From Candidatus Saccharimonadota bacterium (GTDB lineage Bacteria; Pseudomonadota; Gammaproteobacteria; Burkholderiales; Burkholderiaceae): a DNA stretch of 32,000 nucleotides. The first letter of the stretch is position 1. Each line of letters begins with the position of its first letter. The stretch is taken from contig NZ_OZ026462.1 of the NCBI RefSeq assembly GCF_964019745.1, positions 30,001 to 62,000 on the forward strand, written 5' to 3'. Below the pieces are notes generated by a model. That model ran no database searches. It had not been told where the DNA came from and saw only the letters and a program-made list of their open reading frames with translations. Shown here in pieces: positions 1 to 9,550 of the stretch. The translations under genes and the position numbers were made by a program.

Positions 1-1
1 A

Positions 2-784
2 GTAGAACCAAATAATTTAACAATTTGGGAAGCTCAATTTGGAGATTTTGCTAATGAAGCACAAGTTATTATAGATCAATTTATAAGTTCAGGAGAAAAA
101 AAATGGGGATTAATATCGGGGATTGTTTTAATGTTACCACATGGTTTTGAAGGACAGGGACCTGAACATTCTTCTGCAAGATTAGAAAGATATTTACAAT
201 TATGTTCTAATCAAAATTTACAAATAATACAACCTACAACTTCAAAACAATTATTTCATTTATTACGTCGTCAAGTAATAGGAAATTTTAGAAAACCATT
301 AATTTTAATAATGCCTAAATCTTTATTAAGAAATGAGAATTCTAGTTCTAATTTAGAAGAATTAGCTAATGGTAAATTTGAGAATATTATAAAAAATAAA
401 TGTAATAATATTATTTCTAATATTACAAATTTAATAATTTGTTCTGGAAAGATATATTTTGATATAATTAAAAAAAATGAAAAATATAATTTAAAAAATA
501 TTTTTATAATTAGAATAGAACAATTATATCCTTTTCCTAAAAAAGATTTTTTTAAATTTATAAAAAAAATTAAAAATCTTAAAAAAATAATTTGGGTACA
601 AGAAGAACCTAAAAATCAAGGAGCATGGTTATATATTAAAGAAAAAATTTCTAAAAAACTTAAAAAAAATCAAAAAATTTCTTATATTGGTCGTATTTCT
701 AGTTCTTCTACAGCTACAGGTTGTTATAAACAACATTGTTTAGAACAAAAAAAAATTTTAAAAAAAATTTTTTCAAAAAAATAA
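2..784 (+). CDS. sucA: 2-oxoglutarate dehydrogenase E1 component, C-terminal part (5' end lies outside the window)
   Basis: The frame is open from position 2, so the listed ORF start at 131 is only an internal Met. The translation VEPNNLTIWEAQFGDFANEAQVIIDQFISSGEKKWG...LPHGFEGQGPEHSSARLERYLQLC matches the conserved SucA/OdhA C-terminal half. It is followed directly by sucB and lpdA. Stop codon is TAA. Confidence 0.93.
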   Translation, partial: VEPNNLTIWEAQFGDFANEAQVIIDQFISSGEKKWGLISGIVLMLPHGFEGQGPEHSSARLERYLQLCSNQNLQIIQPTTSKQLFHLLRRQVIGNFRKPLILIMPKSLLRNENSSSNLEELANGKFENIIKNKCNNIISNITNLIICSGKIYFDIIKKNEKYNLKNIFIIRIEQLYPFPKKDFFKFIKKIKNLKKIIWVQEEPKNQGAWLYIKEKISKKLKKNQKISYIGRISSSSTATGCYKQHCLEQKKILKKIFSKK

Positions 785-811
785 AAATATTTTATAAAAT
801 ATATAAAAAAT

Positions 812-1900
812 ATGGAAAATATTAATATTTTAGTTCCTCAATTATCAGAATCTATATCAGAAGCAACATTAATAAAATGGCATAAAAAAATTGGTGATAT
901 AGTTAATGAAGGAGAAAACTTAGTTGATATAGAAACTGATAAGATAGTAATGGAAATACCTTCACCTAAAAAAGGAATAATAAAAAATATTATAAAAAAA
1001 AATGGAGAAAATGTTAAAACAAATGAAATAATAGGAATTATAAAAATTTTTAAAAAAAATGAAATTTTAAAAGAAAAAAAAAATAAAATATCAAAAATAA
1101 AATTAAATTCTAATATTAAAGAAAATAAATTTTCTTTAATAAATAAAAAAAAACAAGAAAATTTTAAATTTGAAGAAAAAAATAAACAAAAATATAATTC
1201 AAAAAAAATTGAATATATACCAATGAGTAAAATACGCATTAAAATAGCAGAAAGATTATTAGAATCACAAGCAAATAATGCTATTTTAACTACATTTAAT
1301 GAAGTAAATATGAAACCAATAATTGATTTACGAAATAAATATAAGGAAGAATTTGAAAAAGAATATAAAATTAAATTAGGATTTATGCCATTTTTTATTA
1401 AAGCTGTTATTCAAGCTTTAAAAAAATATCCTATAATTAATGCATCAATTGAAAATAATAATATTATTTATCATTATTATTATGATATAGGTATAGCAGT
1501 AAGTACTAAAAAAGGATTAATTGTGCCTATTTTAAAAAATGCTGATAAATTATCAATATCAGAAATTGAAAAAAAAATAAATTTATTTAAAATAAATGCA
1601 AATAATAGTAAATTATCAATAGATGAATTAATAGGTGGTACATTTACCATTTCTAATGGAGGAATTTTTGGTTCTTTATTTTCAACACCAATAATAAATC
1701 CTCCTCAATCAGCAATTTTAGGAATTCATACTAATAAAGATAGAGTAATAGTTGAATCAGGAAAAATAGTAATAAGACCAATGAATTATTTAGCACTTTC
1801 TTATGATCATCGTATTATAGATGGTAAAGAAGCAATCTTAAGTTTATTAACTATTAAAAAAAATTTAGAAGATCCATTAAGAATGATGTTAAAAATATAA
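812..1900 (+). CDS. sucB: Dihydrolipoyllysine-residue succinyltransferase (E2 of 2-oxoglutarate dehydrogenase)
   Basis: N-terminal lipoyl domain with the lipoyl-lysine motif (DIETDKIVMEIPSP). C-terminal acyltransferase catalytic domain (TTFNEVNM, GGTFTISNGGIFGSL, INPPQSAILG, LSYDHRIIDGKEA). Positioned between sucA and lpdA. Confidence 0.94.
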   Translation: MENINILVPQLSESISEATLIKWHKKIGDIVNEGENLVDIETDKIVMEIPSPKKGIIKNIIKKNGENVKTNEIIGIIKIFKKNEILKEKKNKISKIKLNSNIKENKFSLINKKKQENFKFEEKNKQKYNSKKIEYIPMSKIRIKIAERLLESQANNAILTTFNEVNMKPIIDLRNKYKEEFEKEYKIKLGFMPFFIKAVIQALKKYPIINASIENNNIIYHYYYDIGIAVSTKKGLIVPILKNADKLSISEIEKKINLFKINANNSKLSIDELIGGTFTISNGGIFGSLFSTPIINPPQSAILGIHTNKDRVIVESGKIVIRPMNYLALSYDHRIIDGKEAILSLLTIKKNLEDPLRMMLKI

Positions 1901-1937
1901 AAAAATTTAAAATTTTAACTTTTTTTAAAAAAAAAAT

Positions 1938-3380
1938 ATGATAAAAAAATTTGATGTTATTATTATCGGTGGTGGCCCTGCAGGGTATACTACTTCAATT
2001 AGAATGTCACAATTAGGTTTTAAAGTTGCTTGTATTGATAATTGGAACAACATAAACAATGAATCAGCTTTAGGAGGAACATGCGCAAATGTAGGATGTA
2101 TTCCATCTAAAACATTATTAAAATATTCTCAAGAATATAAAAATGCCATACAAAATTTTAAAGAATATGGAATTTTAATAGATAATATTAATATAGATTT
2201 AAATCTTATGCAAAAAAAAAAAAATATTATTATAAAACAAATTAATCAAGGTATTAAATATTTATTTAAAAAAAATAAAATTCATTTTTTTCATGGTATA
2301 GGAAGTTTTTTAAAAAAAAAAAAAAAATATTTAATAAATATTAAAAATATTAATAAAGAAAATAAAATAATAAAAGCAAAATATATAATTTTAGCAACAG
2401 GTTCTAAACCTAAAAAATTAAATAATATTTCATTTGATGAAAAATTAATATTATCTAATATAGGTGGTCTCTCTTCTATTAAAAAAGAAACAAAAAAAAT
2501 TTGTATTATTGGTGCAGGGGCAATAGGTTTAGAAATAGGTTCTATATGGAATAGATTAAATATAGATATTACTATATTTGAACAATCATCTAATTTTTTA
2601 TCTAGAATAGATAAAGAAATTTCTCAAAAAGCATTTCAAATTTTAATAAAACAAAAATTAAAAATAATTTTAAATACTAAAATTTACAAAATTAAAAAAA
2701 ATAAAAATAATGTTTTAATTAAATATTCAGACTCAACAAATTATATTAAAAATAAAATTTTTGATAAAGTGATGATTTGTGTAGGGAGAAAAGCAAATTT
2801 TAAAAATTTAAATATTAAAAATATTAATTTATTAATTAATAAAAATGGTTTTATAAAAGTAAATAAAAATTTTGAAACAAATTTAAAAAATGTATGGGCT
2901 ATAGGAGATGTAATAGGAGGAAATATGTTAGCACATAAATCAGAAAAAGAAGGAATATATGTAGCAGAATATATATTTAATAAAAATAAAAATAAAAAAA
3001 ATAAAAAATTAAGTTTAATACCTTCTATTATATATACTTATCCAGAAATAGCTTGGGTTGGTAAAAATGAAGAAGAATTAATAAAAAATAAAATTAATTA
3101 TAAAAAAGGAATTTTTCCATTTATAGCAAATGCTAAAGCAAGAATTTTAGATAGTACAGATGGGATTATAAAAATATTAGCTGAAAAAAATACTAAAGAG
3201 ATTTTAGGTATACATATAATAGGTCCTTTAGCTTCAGAATTAATAGCAATAGCTACAATTATTATTGACTTAAAAATTAAATATAAAGAAATATCTAAAA
3301 TTTGTTATGCACATCCTACATTATCAGAAATAATAAAAGAAGTAATATTATCAATAGATAAAAAATCTATAAATTTTTAA
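1938..3380 (+). CDS. lpdA: Dihydrolipoyl dehydrogenase (E3)
   Basis: FAD-binding motif IIIGGGPAGY, redox-active disulfide GGTCANVGCIPSK, NAD-binding motif IIGAGAIGLE, and C-terminal interface motif AHPTLSE. Length 480 aa. Confidence 0.94.
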   Translation: MIKKFDVIIIGGGPAGYTTSIRMSQLGFKVACIDNWNNINNESALGGTCANVGCIPSKTLLKYSQEYKNAIQNFKEYGILIDNINIDLNLMQKKKNIIIKQINQGIKYLFKKNKIHFFHGIGSFLKKKKKYLINIKNINKENKIIKAKYIILATGSKPKKLNNISFDEKLILSNIGGLSSIKKETKKICIIGAGAIGLEIGSIWNRLNIDITIFEQSSNFLSRIDKEISQKAFQILIKQKLKIILNTKIYKIKKNKNNVLIKYSDSTNYIKNKIFDKVMICVGRKANFKNLNIKNINLLINKNGFIKVNKNFETNLKNVWAIGDVIGGNMLAHKSEKEGIYVAEYIFNKNKNKKNKKLSLIPSIIYTYPEIAWVGKNEEELIKNKINYKKGIFPFIANAKARILDSTDGIIKILAEKNTKEILGIHIIGPLASELIAIATIIIDLKIKYKEISKICYAHPTLSEIIKEVILSIDKKSINF

Positions 3381-3451
3381 AAATTTTTTATATATTAATA
3401 AAAATTATTATATATTATATAAATTTTATTTTTTTTAAAAATATAAAATAT

Positions 3452-4132
3452 TTATTTTTTAATAAATATTAAATCAAAAATTTTTCTTTTAAAATTTAAA
3501 GCTTTTTTTTCATATGAAGTAATAAAACGATATTTAGGTTTAAATTCTTCTTTAATAAAAGATTTTTCTTTAGAAAAATTTTTAAAATAAATATTTTTAT
3601 TTAAAATTTTTAACATATAATTTGCATAATCTTCACAATCTGTAACAATATGTAAATAACCTTTTTTTTTTAAATTTAAAATTATTAATTTTATAGAAAA
3701 TTTATTAATAAATCTTCTTTTTTTATGTTTTTTTTTAGGCCATGGATCAGGGAAAAAAATATGTATACCAAAAAATGAAAAAAATTTAAACATATTATAT
3801 AATACATAAATTGCATCATAATTTATTATTTTTATATTAGATAAAAAATTTTTTTTAATTAATTTTAATAAATTTATAATTCCTTTTTCATAAGTATCAA
3901 CACAGATAAAATTTTTTTCAGGCATAAATTTAGCAATTTTAATACTTGCTTCTCCTTTTCCAAAACCAATTTCTAAAATATTTTTTTTTTTTTTAGTAAA
4001 AATATTATTTAAATTAATATTTTTATTACTATAAGGTAATATATTTTTTTTTTCTAAAAAAAAAATTTTTTTTTGGTTTAAAGATAATTTTCTTGATCTT
4101 TTAACAAAACTACAAATATAATTTTTTAACAT
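3452..4132 (-). CDS. trmB: tRNA (guanine-N7)-methyltransferase
   Basis: SAM-binding motif ILEIGFGKGE and the TrmB signature FFPDPWPKKKHKKRR. Length 226 aa. Confidence 0.88.
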   Translation of the reverse strand: MLKNYICSFVKRSRKLSLNQKKIFFLEKKNILPYSNKNINLNNIFTKKKKNILEIGFGKGEASIKIAKFMPEKNFICVDTYEKGIINLLKLIKKNFLSNIKIINYDAIYVLYNMFKFFSFFGIHIFFPDPWPKKKHKKRRFINKFSIKLIILNLKKKGYLHIVTDCEDYANYMLKILNKNIYFKNFSKEKSFIKEEFKPKYRFITSYEKKALNFKRKIFDLIFIKK

Positions 4133-4215
4133 ATTAAAATTAAATTAAATTTTTTTAAAAATATATTATTAAATAATATTTTTTAAAAAATATAAAAAAT
4201 AATTTTTTAAAAAAT

Positions 4216-5100
4216 ATGATTTTTAATATTCCAAATAAAATAAAAGAACAGAATTTTCCTAAATCAGCATTATATGTGTTAGCAACGCCTATAGGAAATA
4301 TGTATGATATAACATTAAGAGCTTTATACGTTTTATCTATTTCTGATACTATTGTATGTGAAAATATAAAACAAATAAAAAAATTACTTAATTTTTATAA
4401 ATTAAAAAAAAATTTAATTACATTACATAAATTTAATGAAAAAAAAAATATTAATTTTATTATTAAAAGATTAATAAATAATGAAAGAATATCTTTAGTA
4501 TCAAATTCAGGAACACCAACAATTTCTGATCCAGGTTATAAACTTATTAAATACATTTATAAATATAAATTTAAAATTATCCCAATACCAGGAGTATCAG
4601 CTGTAATTACTGCTCTATCAGTAAGTGGTTTAAATAATAAACAATTTAAATTTATAGGTTTTTTACCTAAAGAAAAAAAAGAAAAAGAAAAAATTTTACA
4701 AAATTTAAAAAATGAAAAAATAATTTTAGTTTTTTATGAAACACCTCATAGAATAAAAAAAACAATTAAATTATTTATAAAATTTTTTAATAATGAAACA
4801 TCAATTATTTTTGCTAAAGAACTTACAAAAATTTTTGAAAATATTTATAAATGTAAATTAAAAAAAGCTTTATCTTGGATTAAAAAAAATAAATATAACC
4901 AAAAAGGAGAATTTGTAATTTTATTAAATTCTGTTATAATTAAAAAAAAAGAAGAAAAATATAAAAATATTTTAAAAATATTATTTAAAGAATTAACTTT
5001 TAAAAAATTAATAAATATTACTTACAATATTACTAAAAATAAAAAAAAAGATATATATAAATATGCAATAAATTTAAAAAATAATTTTAAAAAAAAATAA
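4216..5100 (+). CDS. rsmI: 16S rRNA (cytidine1402-2'-O)-methyltransferase
   Basis: N-terminus LYVLATPIGNMYDITLRALYVLSISDTIVCE, then GTPTISDPGYKL and IPGVSAVITALSVSG, typical of the RsmI tetrapyrrole-methylase fold. Confidence 0.85.
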   Translation: MIFNIPNKIKEQNFPKSALYVLATPIGNMYDITLRALYVLSISDTIVCENIKQIKKLLNFYKLKKNLITLHKFNEKKNINFIIKRLINNERISLVSNSGTPTISDPGYKLIKYIYKYKFKIIPIPGVSAVITALSVSGLNNKQFKFIGFLPKEKKEKEKILQNLKNEKIILVFYETPHRIKKTIKLFIKFFNNETSIIFAKELTKIFENIYKCKLKKALSWIKKNKYNQKGEFVILLNSVIIKKKEEKYKNILKILFKELTFKKLINITYNITKNKKKDIYKYAINLKNNFKKK

Positions 5101-5129
5101 TTTTTCAATATAAAATATATTTTATAATT

Positions 5130-5432
5130 ATGAAATTTAATATTAAAGATATTCACAAAATGGCTAAAATTGCTTATTTAAAATTTACAGATAAAGAAAT
5201 TAAAAAATTTTTAATAAAAATAAATGATATTTTTAATATTATTAAAAAAATAAAAAAAATTAAAACTAATAATATTAAACCTATGAATCATCCAATAAAA
5301 AAATCTTTTTTTACATATTTTAAACATTTAAAAAAAGATATTTTAAAAAAAAATATTAAATATAAAAAATTTCAAATTTTATCAAAAAATATTAAAAATA
5401 ATATTTATTTAGCATCTAAAATTTTAGACTAA
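5130..5432 (+). CDS. gatC: Glu/Asp-tRNA amidotransferase subunit C
   Basis: A 100-aa ORF immediately upstream of gatA and gatB. The N-terminal pattern (IKDIHKMAKIAYLKFTDKEIKKF...I..I...I) is GatC-like, but the sequence is very divergent. Confidence 0.75.
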   Translation: MKFNIKDIHKMAKIAYLKFTDKEIKKFLIKINDIFNIIKKIKKIKTNNIKPMNHPIKKSFFTYFKHLKKDILKKNIKYKKFQILSKNIKNNIYLASKILD

Positions 5433-5455
5433 ATTAAATTTTTTTTTTAAAAAAA

Positions 5456-6922
5456 ATGTATAATAAAACTATAAAAGAATTATCAATTTTATTAAAAAAA
5501 AAAAAAATTTCTATTACAGAATTAACTATATTATTTTTAAAAAAAATTTATAAAAATAATATAAATGCTTTTATAAATATCAATGAAGAATTAACTTTAA
5601 AGCAAGCAAAAATTGCAGAAAAAAAATTTTTTAATAAAGAAAATACAATTTTAACAGGAATACCAATAGCACATAAAGATGTTTTTGTAACAAAAGGTTG
5701 GAAAACAACAGCGGGATCAAAAATTTTAAAAAATTATATTAGTCCATTTGATGCTTTTATAATTAAAAAATTAAATTTTGAAGGTATGATAACATTAGGA
5801 AAATTAAATTGTGATGAATTTGCTATGGGTTCTAGTAATGAAAATTCTTTTTTTGGACCAGTAAAAAATCCATGGGATAAAAAAGCTGTTTCTGGTGGTT
5901 CTTCTGGGGGATCAGCAGCAGCAGTAGCTGCTAGATTAACTCCTGTTGCTACAGCCACAGATACTGGTGGTTCTATAAGACAACCTTCAAGTTTTTGTGG
6001 AGTAACAGGGATTAAACCAACTTATGGAAGTGTATCAAGATTTGGAATAATAAGTTTTGCTTCTTCTTTAGATCAAGCAGGAATAATTGCAAAAAACGCT
6101 GAAGATTGTGCATTATTATTAAATAGTATTATTTGTAAAGATAAATCAGATTTAACAAATATTAAAAGACCAAAAGAAAATTTTTATAAAAATTTAAATT
6201 GTAATTTACAAAATATTAAAATTGGAATTCCAAAGGAATTTTTTAATCAAAATATTTCGGAAGATATAAAAATAAATATAGAAAATGCATTAAATGAATT
6301 TAAAAAATTAGGAGCTAATTTAATAAATATTAAATTATATAAAACTGAACTTTATATTCCCACATATTATATAATTTCTTCAGCTGAAGCATATTCTAAT
6401 TTATCTAGATTTGATGGTATAAGATTTGGTATAAAACATAAAAAATATAAAAATATTATAAAAATGTATAAAAAATATAGAAGTGATAATTTTGGAAATG
6501 AAGTAAAATTAAGAATTTTAATAGGTTCACATATATTATCTGATAATTTTTATAATAAATGTTATTTACAAGCTCAAAAAATAAGAAGAATAATTACAAA
6601 TGAATTAAAAGAAATTTTTAATAAAAAAAATAAAAATTATTGTGATGTTATTATAGGACCAGTTTCTCCAACTGTTGCATGGAATATAAAAGAAAAAAAA
6701 AGAAATCCAATTTTAAATTATATTTCTGATATTTTAACACTACCAAGCAGTTTATCAGGTTTACCTAGCATATCAATACCTTGTGGATTTAGTAAATATA
6801 AAACAAATAAAAATCGCCCTATAGGTTTACAAATTATTGGAAATTATTTTAATGAATCAAAAATTTTAAATTTAGCATATAAATTTCAACAAGTTACTGA
6901 TTGGCATACTAAAATTCCTTAA
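5456..6922 (+). CDS. gatA: Glu/Asp-tRNA amidotransferase subunit A
   Basis: Amidase signature GGSSGGSAAAVAARL...DTGGSIRQPSSFCGVTGIKPTYG. Length 488 aa, located between gatC and gatB. Confidence 0.95.
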   Translation: MYNKTIKELSILLKKKKISITELTILFLKKIYKNNINAFININEELTLKQAKIAEKKFFNKENTILTGIPIAHKDVFVTKGWKTTAGSKILKNYISPFDAFIIKKLNFEGMITLGKLNCDEFAMGSSNENSFFGPVKNPWDKKAVSGGSSGGSAAAVAARLTPVATATDTGGSIRQPSSFCGVTGIKPTYGSVSRFGIISFASSLDQAGIIAKNAEDCALLLNSIICKDKSDLTNIKRPKENFYKNLNCNLQNIKIGIPKEFFNQNISEDIKINIENALNEFKKLGANLINIKLYKTELYIPTYYIISSAEAYSNLSRFDGIRFGIKHKKYKNIIKMYKKYRSDNFGNEVKLRILIGSHILSDNFYNKCYLQAQKIRRIITNELKEIFNKKNKNYCDVIIGPVSPTVAWNIKEKKRNPILNYISDILTLPSSLSGLPSISIPCGFSKYKTNKNRPIGLQIIGNYFNESKILNLAYKFQQVTDWHTKIP

Positions 6923-6956
6923 TAACTTTTATTATTATTTTTTTAAAAAAATTTAT

Positions 6957-8396
6957 ATGAAATGGAAAATTAAAATTGGTATTGAAACACATATTAGACT
7001 TTTAACTAAAACAAAAATTTTTAGTAATACTTCTAATAAATTCGGAGAAAAACCAAATACGTTAGTAAATGCAATAGATTTAGCTCTTCCAGGAACTTTA
7101 CCAACAATTAATAAAAAAACTATAAAATTAGCTTTAAAATTTGGAATAGCTATATCTGGAAAAATTTCTTCTAATTTATTATTTTGTAGAAAAAATTATT
7201 TTTATCCAGATTTACCTAAAGGTTATCAAATAACTCAATATAAAAAACCTATTATAAAAGGTGGTAAAATATCTTTTTTTAATGAAAAAAATAATATTAG
7301 AACTATAAAATTAATATCAGCGCATTTAGAAGAAGATTCAGGAAAAATATTTCATAAATATTATAAAAATATGATAGGTATTGATTATAATAGATCAGGT
7401 AATGCTTTATTAGAAGTAGTTACAAAACCTATGATAAAAAGTTCTTATGAAGCTGTTAAATATTTAAAAACTTTATATAATATAGTAACTTGGTTAAATA
7501 TTTGTGATGGTAATTTACAAAATGGTTCTTTTAGATCTGATATAAATATATCAATAAATAAAAATAAAAAAAATAATGGTATTAAATGTGAAATTAAAAA
7601 TTTAAATTCATTTAAATTTATAAAAAATGCTATTGATTATGAATTTATTAGACAAAAAAAAATTTTAAAAAAGGGTGAAAAAATTATACAAGAAACTAGA
7701 ACATATAATCCAAATACAAAAAAAACTGAATATATTAGAAAAAAAAATTCTCAAAAAGAATATAAATATCTTTTAGAACCAGATTTACCAGAAATTAAAA
7801 TTCCTAAAAAAATAATAGAAAAAATAAAAAATCAAAAAACAAAATTACCATTTGAAATTCAAAAAAAAATTATAAAAAAATATAATTTATCTATTAAAAA
7901 TGCTATTTTTTTAACAAAATTTAAATATTTATTTCAATATTTTAAAAAAACCTTAAAGTTAATTAATAAAGAACAAATAAAATTACTTTTAAATTGGTTA
8001 AAATGTGAATTTATGTTTTTTTTTAAAAAAAAAATAAAAAAAATTTCATTAAAACCTAAACATTTTTCATTATTATTAATAAATATTTATAATAAAAATA
8101 TTTCTAATAAAATAGCCAAAAAAATTTTTTTAAAATTAATAAAATTTAAAAAAATTAAAAGTATTGAAGTAAATAATTTAATAAATTTTTATAAAATAGA
8201 TAAAAATTTTAAAAGTTCTAAATTAAAAATAATTTTAAAAAAAATTTTAAAAAAAAATTTAAATTTAATAAAAGAAATAAAAAATAAAAATAAAAAAATT
8301 ATAAATTTTATAATTGGAAAAATTTTAAAAAAAACAAAAAATAAAATAAATCCTAAAGAAATAAAAATTTTTATTGAAAAATATTTTAAAAAATAA
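6957..8396 (+). CDS. gatB: Glu/Asp-tRNA amidotransferase subunit B
   Basis: N-terminus KIGIETHIRL, then NYFYPDLPKGYQITQ, HLEEDSGK and NRSGNALLEVVTKP. The C-terminal tail domain is K-rich and divergent. Confidence 0.93.
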   Translation: MKWKIKIGIETHIRLLTKTKIFSNTSNKFGEKPNTLVNAIDLALPGTLPTINKKTIKLALKFGIAISGKISSNLLFCRKNYFYPDLPKGYQITQYKKPIIKGGKISFFNEKNNIRTIKLISAHLEEDSGKIFHKYYKNMIGIDYNRSGNALLEVVTKPMIKSSYEAVKYLKTLYNIVTWLNICDGNLQNGSFRSDINISINKNKKNNGIKCEIKNLNSFKFIKNAIDYEFIRQKKILKKGEKIIQETRTYNPNTKKTEYIRKKNSQKEYKYLLEPDLPEIKIPKKIIEKIKNQKTKLPFEIQKKIIKKYNLSIKNAIFLTKFKYLFQYFKKTLKLINKEQIKLLLNWLKCEFMFFFKKKIKKISLKPKHFSLLLINIYNKNISNKIAKKIFLKLIKFKKIKSIEVNNLINFYKIDKNFKSSKLKIILKKILKKNLNLIKEIKNKNKKIINFIIGKILKKTKNKINPKEIKIFIEKYFKK

Positions 8397-8423
8397 ATAT
8401 TTTATAAATTTTAATTTTTATAT

Positions 8424-8867
8424 ATGACTATAAAAAATATTCTTGAATATCCTAATTTAGGATTAAGAATTAATGCAAAACCAGTAAAAAAATTTAATAA
8501 TTCAATAAAAAAAATTATTAAAGATATGAAAGATACTTTATATAATTCTTCTGGAATAGGTTTAGCAGCAACACAAATAAATATACATAAACAAATAATA
8601 ATAATAGATATTACAAATAATAAAAATAATTTATTAATTTTTATTAATCCTATAATTATTAAAAAAAGTAAAAAAAATAAAATAAATAAAGAAGGTTGTT
8701 TATCTATACCAAAAATTTATAAAAATATTTCAAGAATTTCTAAAATTAAAATACAATTTCAAAATATTTTTGGAAAAATTTTTATTTTTAAGATTAAAGG
8801 TATTTTATCTTTTTGTATCCAACACGAAATAGATCATTTAAATGGTAAATTAATTATTGATTATTAA
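8424..8867 (+). CDS. def: Peptide deformylase
   Basis: All three PDF motifs are present: GIGLAATQ, EGCLSIP and HEIDHLNG. Length 147 aa. Confidence 0.93.
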   Translation: MTIKNILEYPNLGLRINAKPVKKFNNSIKKIIKDMKDTLYNSSGIGLAATQINIHKQIIIIDITNNKNNLLIFINPIIIKKSKKNKINKEGCLSIPKIYKNISRISKIKIQFQNIFGKIFIFKIKGILSFCIQHEIDHLNGKLIIDY

Positions 8868-8950
8868 TTTCATTTTACCTCTTGAAAATAAAAATTTTTA
8901 ATGTTATAAATAATATACAATATGTATTAAATAGAACTTAAAAATAATTT

Positions 8951-9043
8951 TACGAGTCCTATGTATTTGTTATATAATTTAATTGGTCAGGTTGGAAACA
9001 AAGCAGCCAGGATTATTTTAACAAATGTCATAGTAAACTCATA
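8951..9043 (+). ncRNA. ffs: Signal recognition particle RNA (4.5S RNA), about 93 nt. Ends are approximate.
   Basis: GGTCAGGTTGGAAACAAAGCAGCCAGG (8985-9011) matches the SRP domain IV core (E. coli GGUCAGGUCCGGAAGGAAGCAGCC), including the GGAA tetraloop. The flanks form one long hairpin: GAGT 8954-57 with ACTC 9037-40, CTATG 8959-63 with CATAG 9029-33, ATTTGTTA 8965-72 with TAACAAAT 9019-26, and ATAAT 8974-78 with ATTAT 9012-16. The segment is a G/C island in otherwise pure A/T spacer. Confidence 0.8.
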
Positions 9044-9101
9044 AAAATTATTTTTAAATTAATTAAATATTTTATAATAATTTTTAAATTTTAAAATAAT
9101 T

Positions 9102-9278
9102 ATGAAAAAAAAAATAATAGTATTATTACTAGCATTATTAGCAACAATGAATTTTCAAAAACATACTATGATTAATAACAAATTACATAATATAATTAAA
9201 AAAGTAAATCCAACATTTACTGTTATAGAAAAAAAAATTAATACATATATAAAAAATAAAAATATACCTAAAACTTAA
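9102..9278 (+). CDS. Hypothetical 58-aa protein with a signal-peptide-like N-terminus (not in the supplied ORF track)
   Basis: ATG to TAA ORF read by hand: MKKKIIVLLLALLATMNFQKHTMINNKLHNIIKKVNPTFTVIEKKINTYIKNKNIPKT. It has a basic N-terminus followed by a hydrophobic core. Its G+C is roughly 14% against 1-2% in surrounding spacers, which suggests constraint. I recognise no homolog. Confidence 0.35.
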   Translation: MKKKIIVLLLALLATMNFQKHTMINNKLHNIIKKVNPTFTVIEKKINTYIKNKNIPKT

Positions 9279-9550
9279 AAATAATTTAAAATAAATATTT
9301 TTATTATTATATAAAATTAATAAAAATCAAAATTAATTTTTACTATTTAAAATATAAAAAATATTAAATAATTTTATATTATTTAATAATTTATATTTTA
9401 TATATATAAAATATATTTTTATTTATATTAATAAAATATTTATATATTTTATATATATTTTTAATTATTTTTTAATTTTTAAAAAATATTCTTTTTATAA
9501 AATTTTTAATAAATTTAAAATTATCTAAATATTTTACAATAAAATTTATT

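Noticed and set aside
131-784. The ORF-track start at 131 as the start of a 217-aa protein
   Set aside because: The frame is open back to the window edge, and the upstream translation is conserved SucA sequence. This is an internal Met of a 5'-truncated sucA.
838-1239. A 133-aa ORF on the minus strand inside sucB
   Set aside because: It is antisense to a well-supported gene. Its F/I/L-rich low-complexity translation is simply the mirror image of the K/N-rich sucB linker, and it has no recognisable motifs.
5734-5958. A 74-aa minus-strand ORF (MAVATGVNLAATAAADPPEEPPE...)
   Set aside because: It is antisense to the relatively G/C-rich amidase-signature region of gatA (GGSSGGSAAAVAA). The open frame is a by-product of that codon composition.
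8868-9550. Possible tRNA, tmRNA or other structured RNA genes in this and the other spacers
   Set aside because: Apart from the ffs hairpin, no segment has the G/C content or cloverleaf-compatible complementarity expected of a tRNA or rRNA. All other spacers are at most about 2% G+C.
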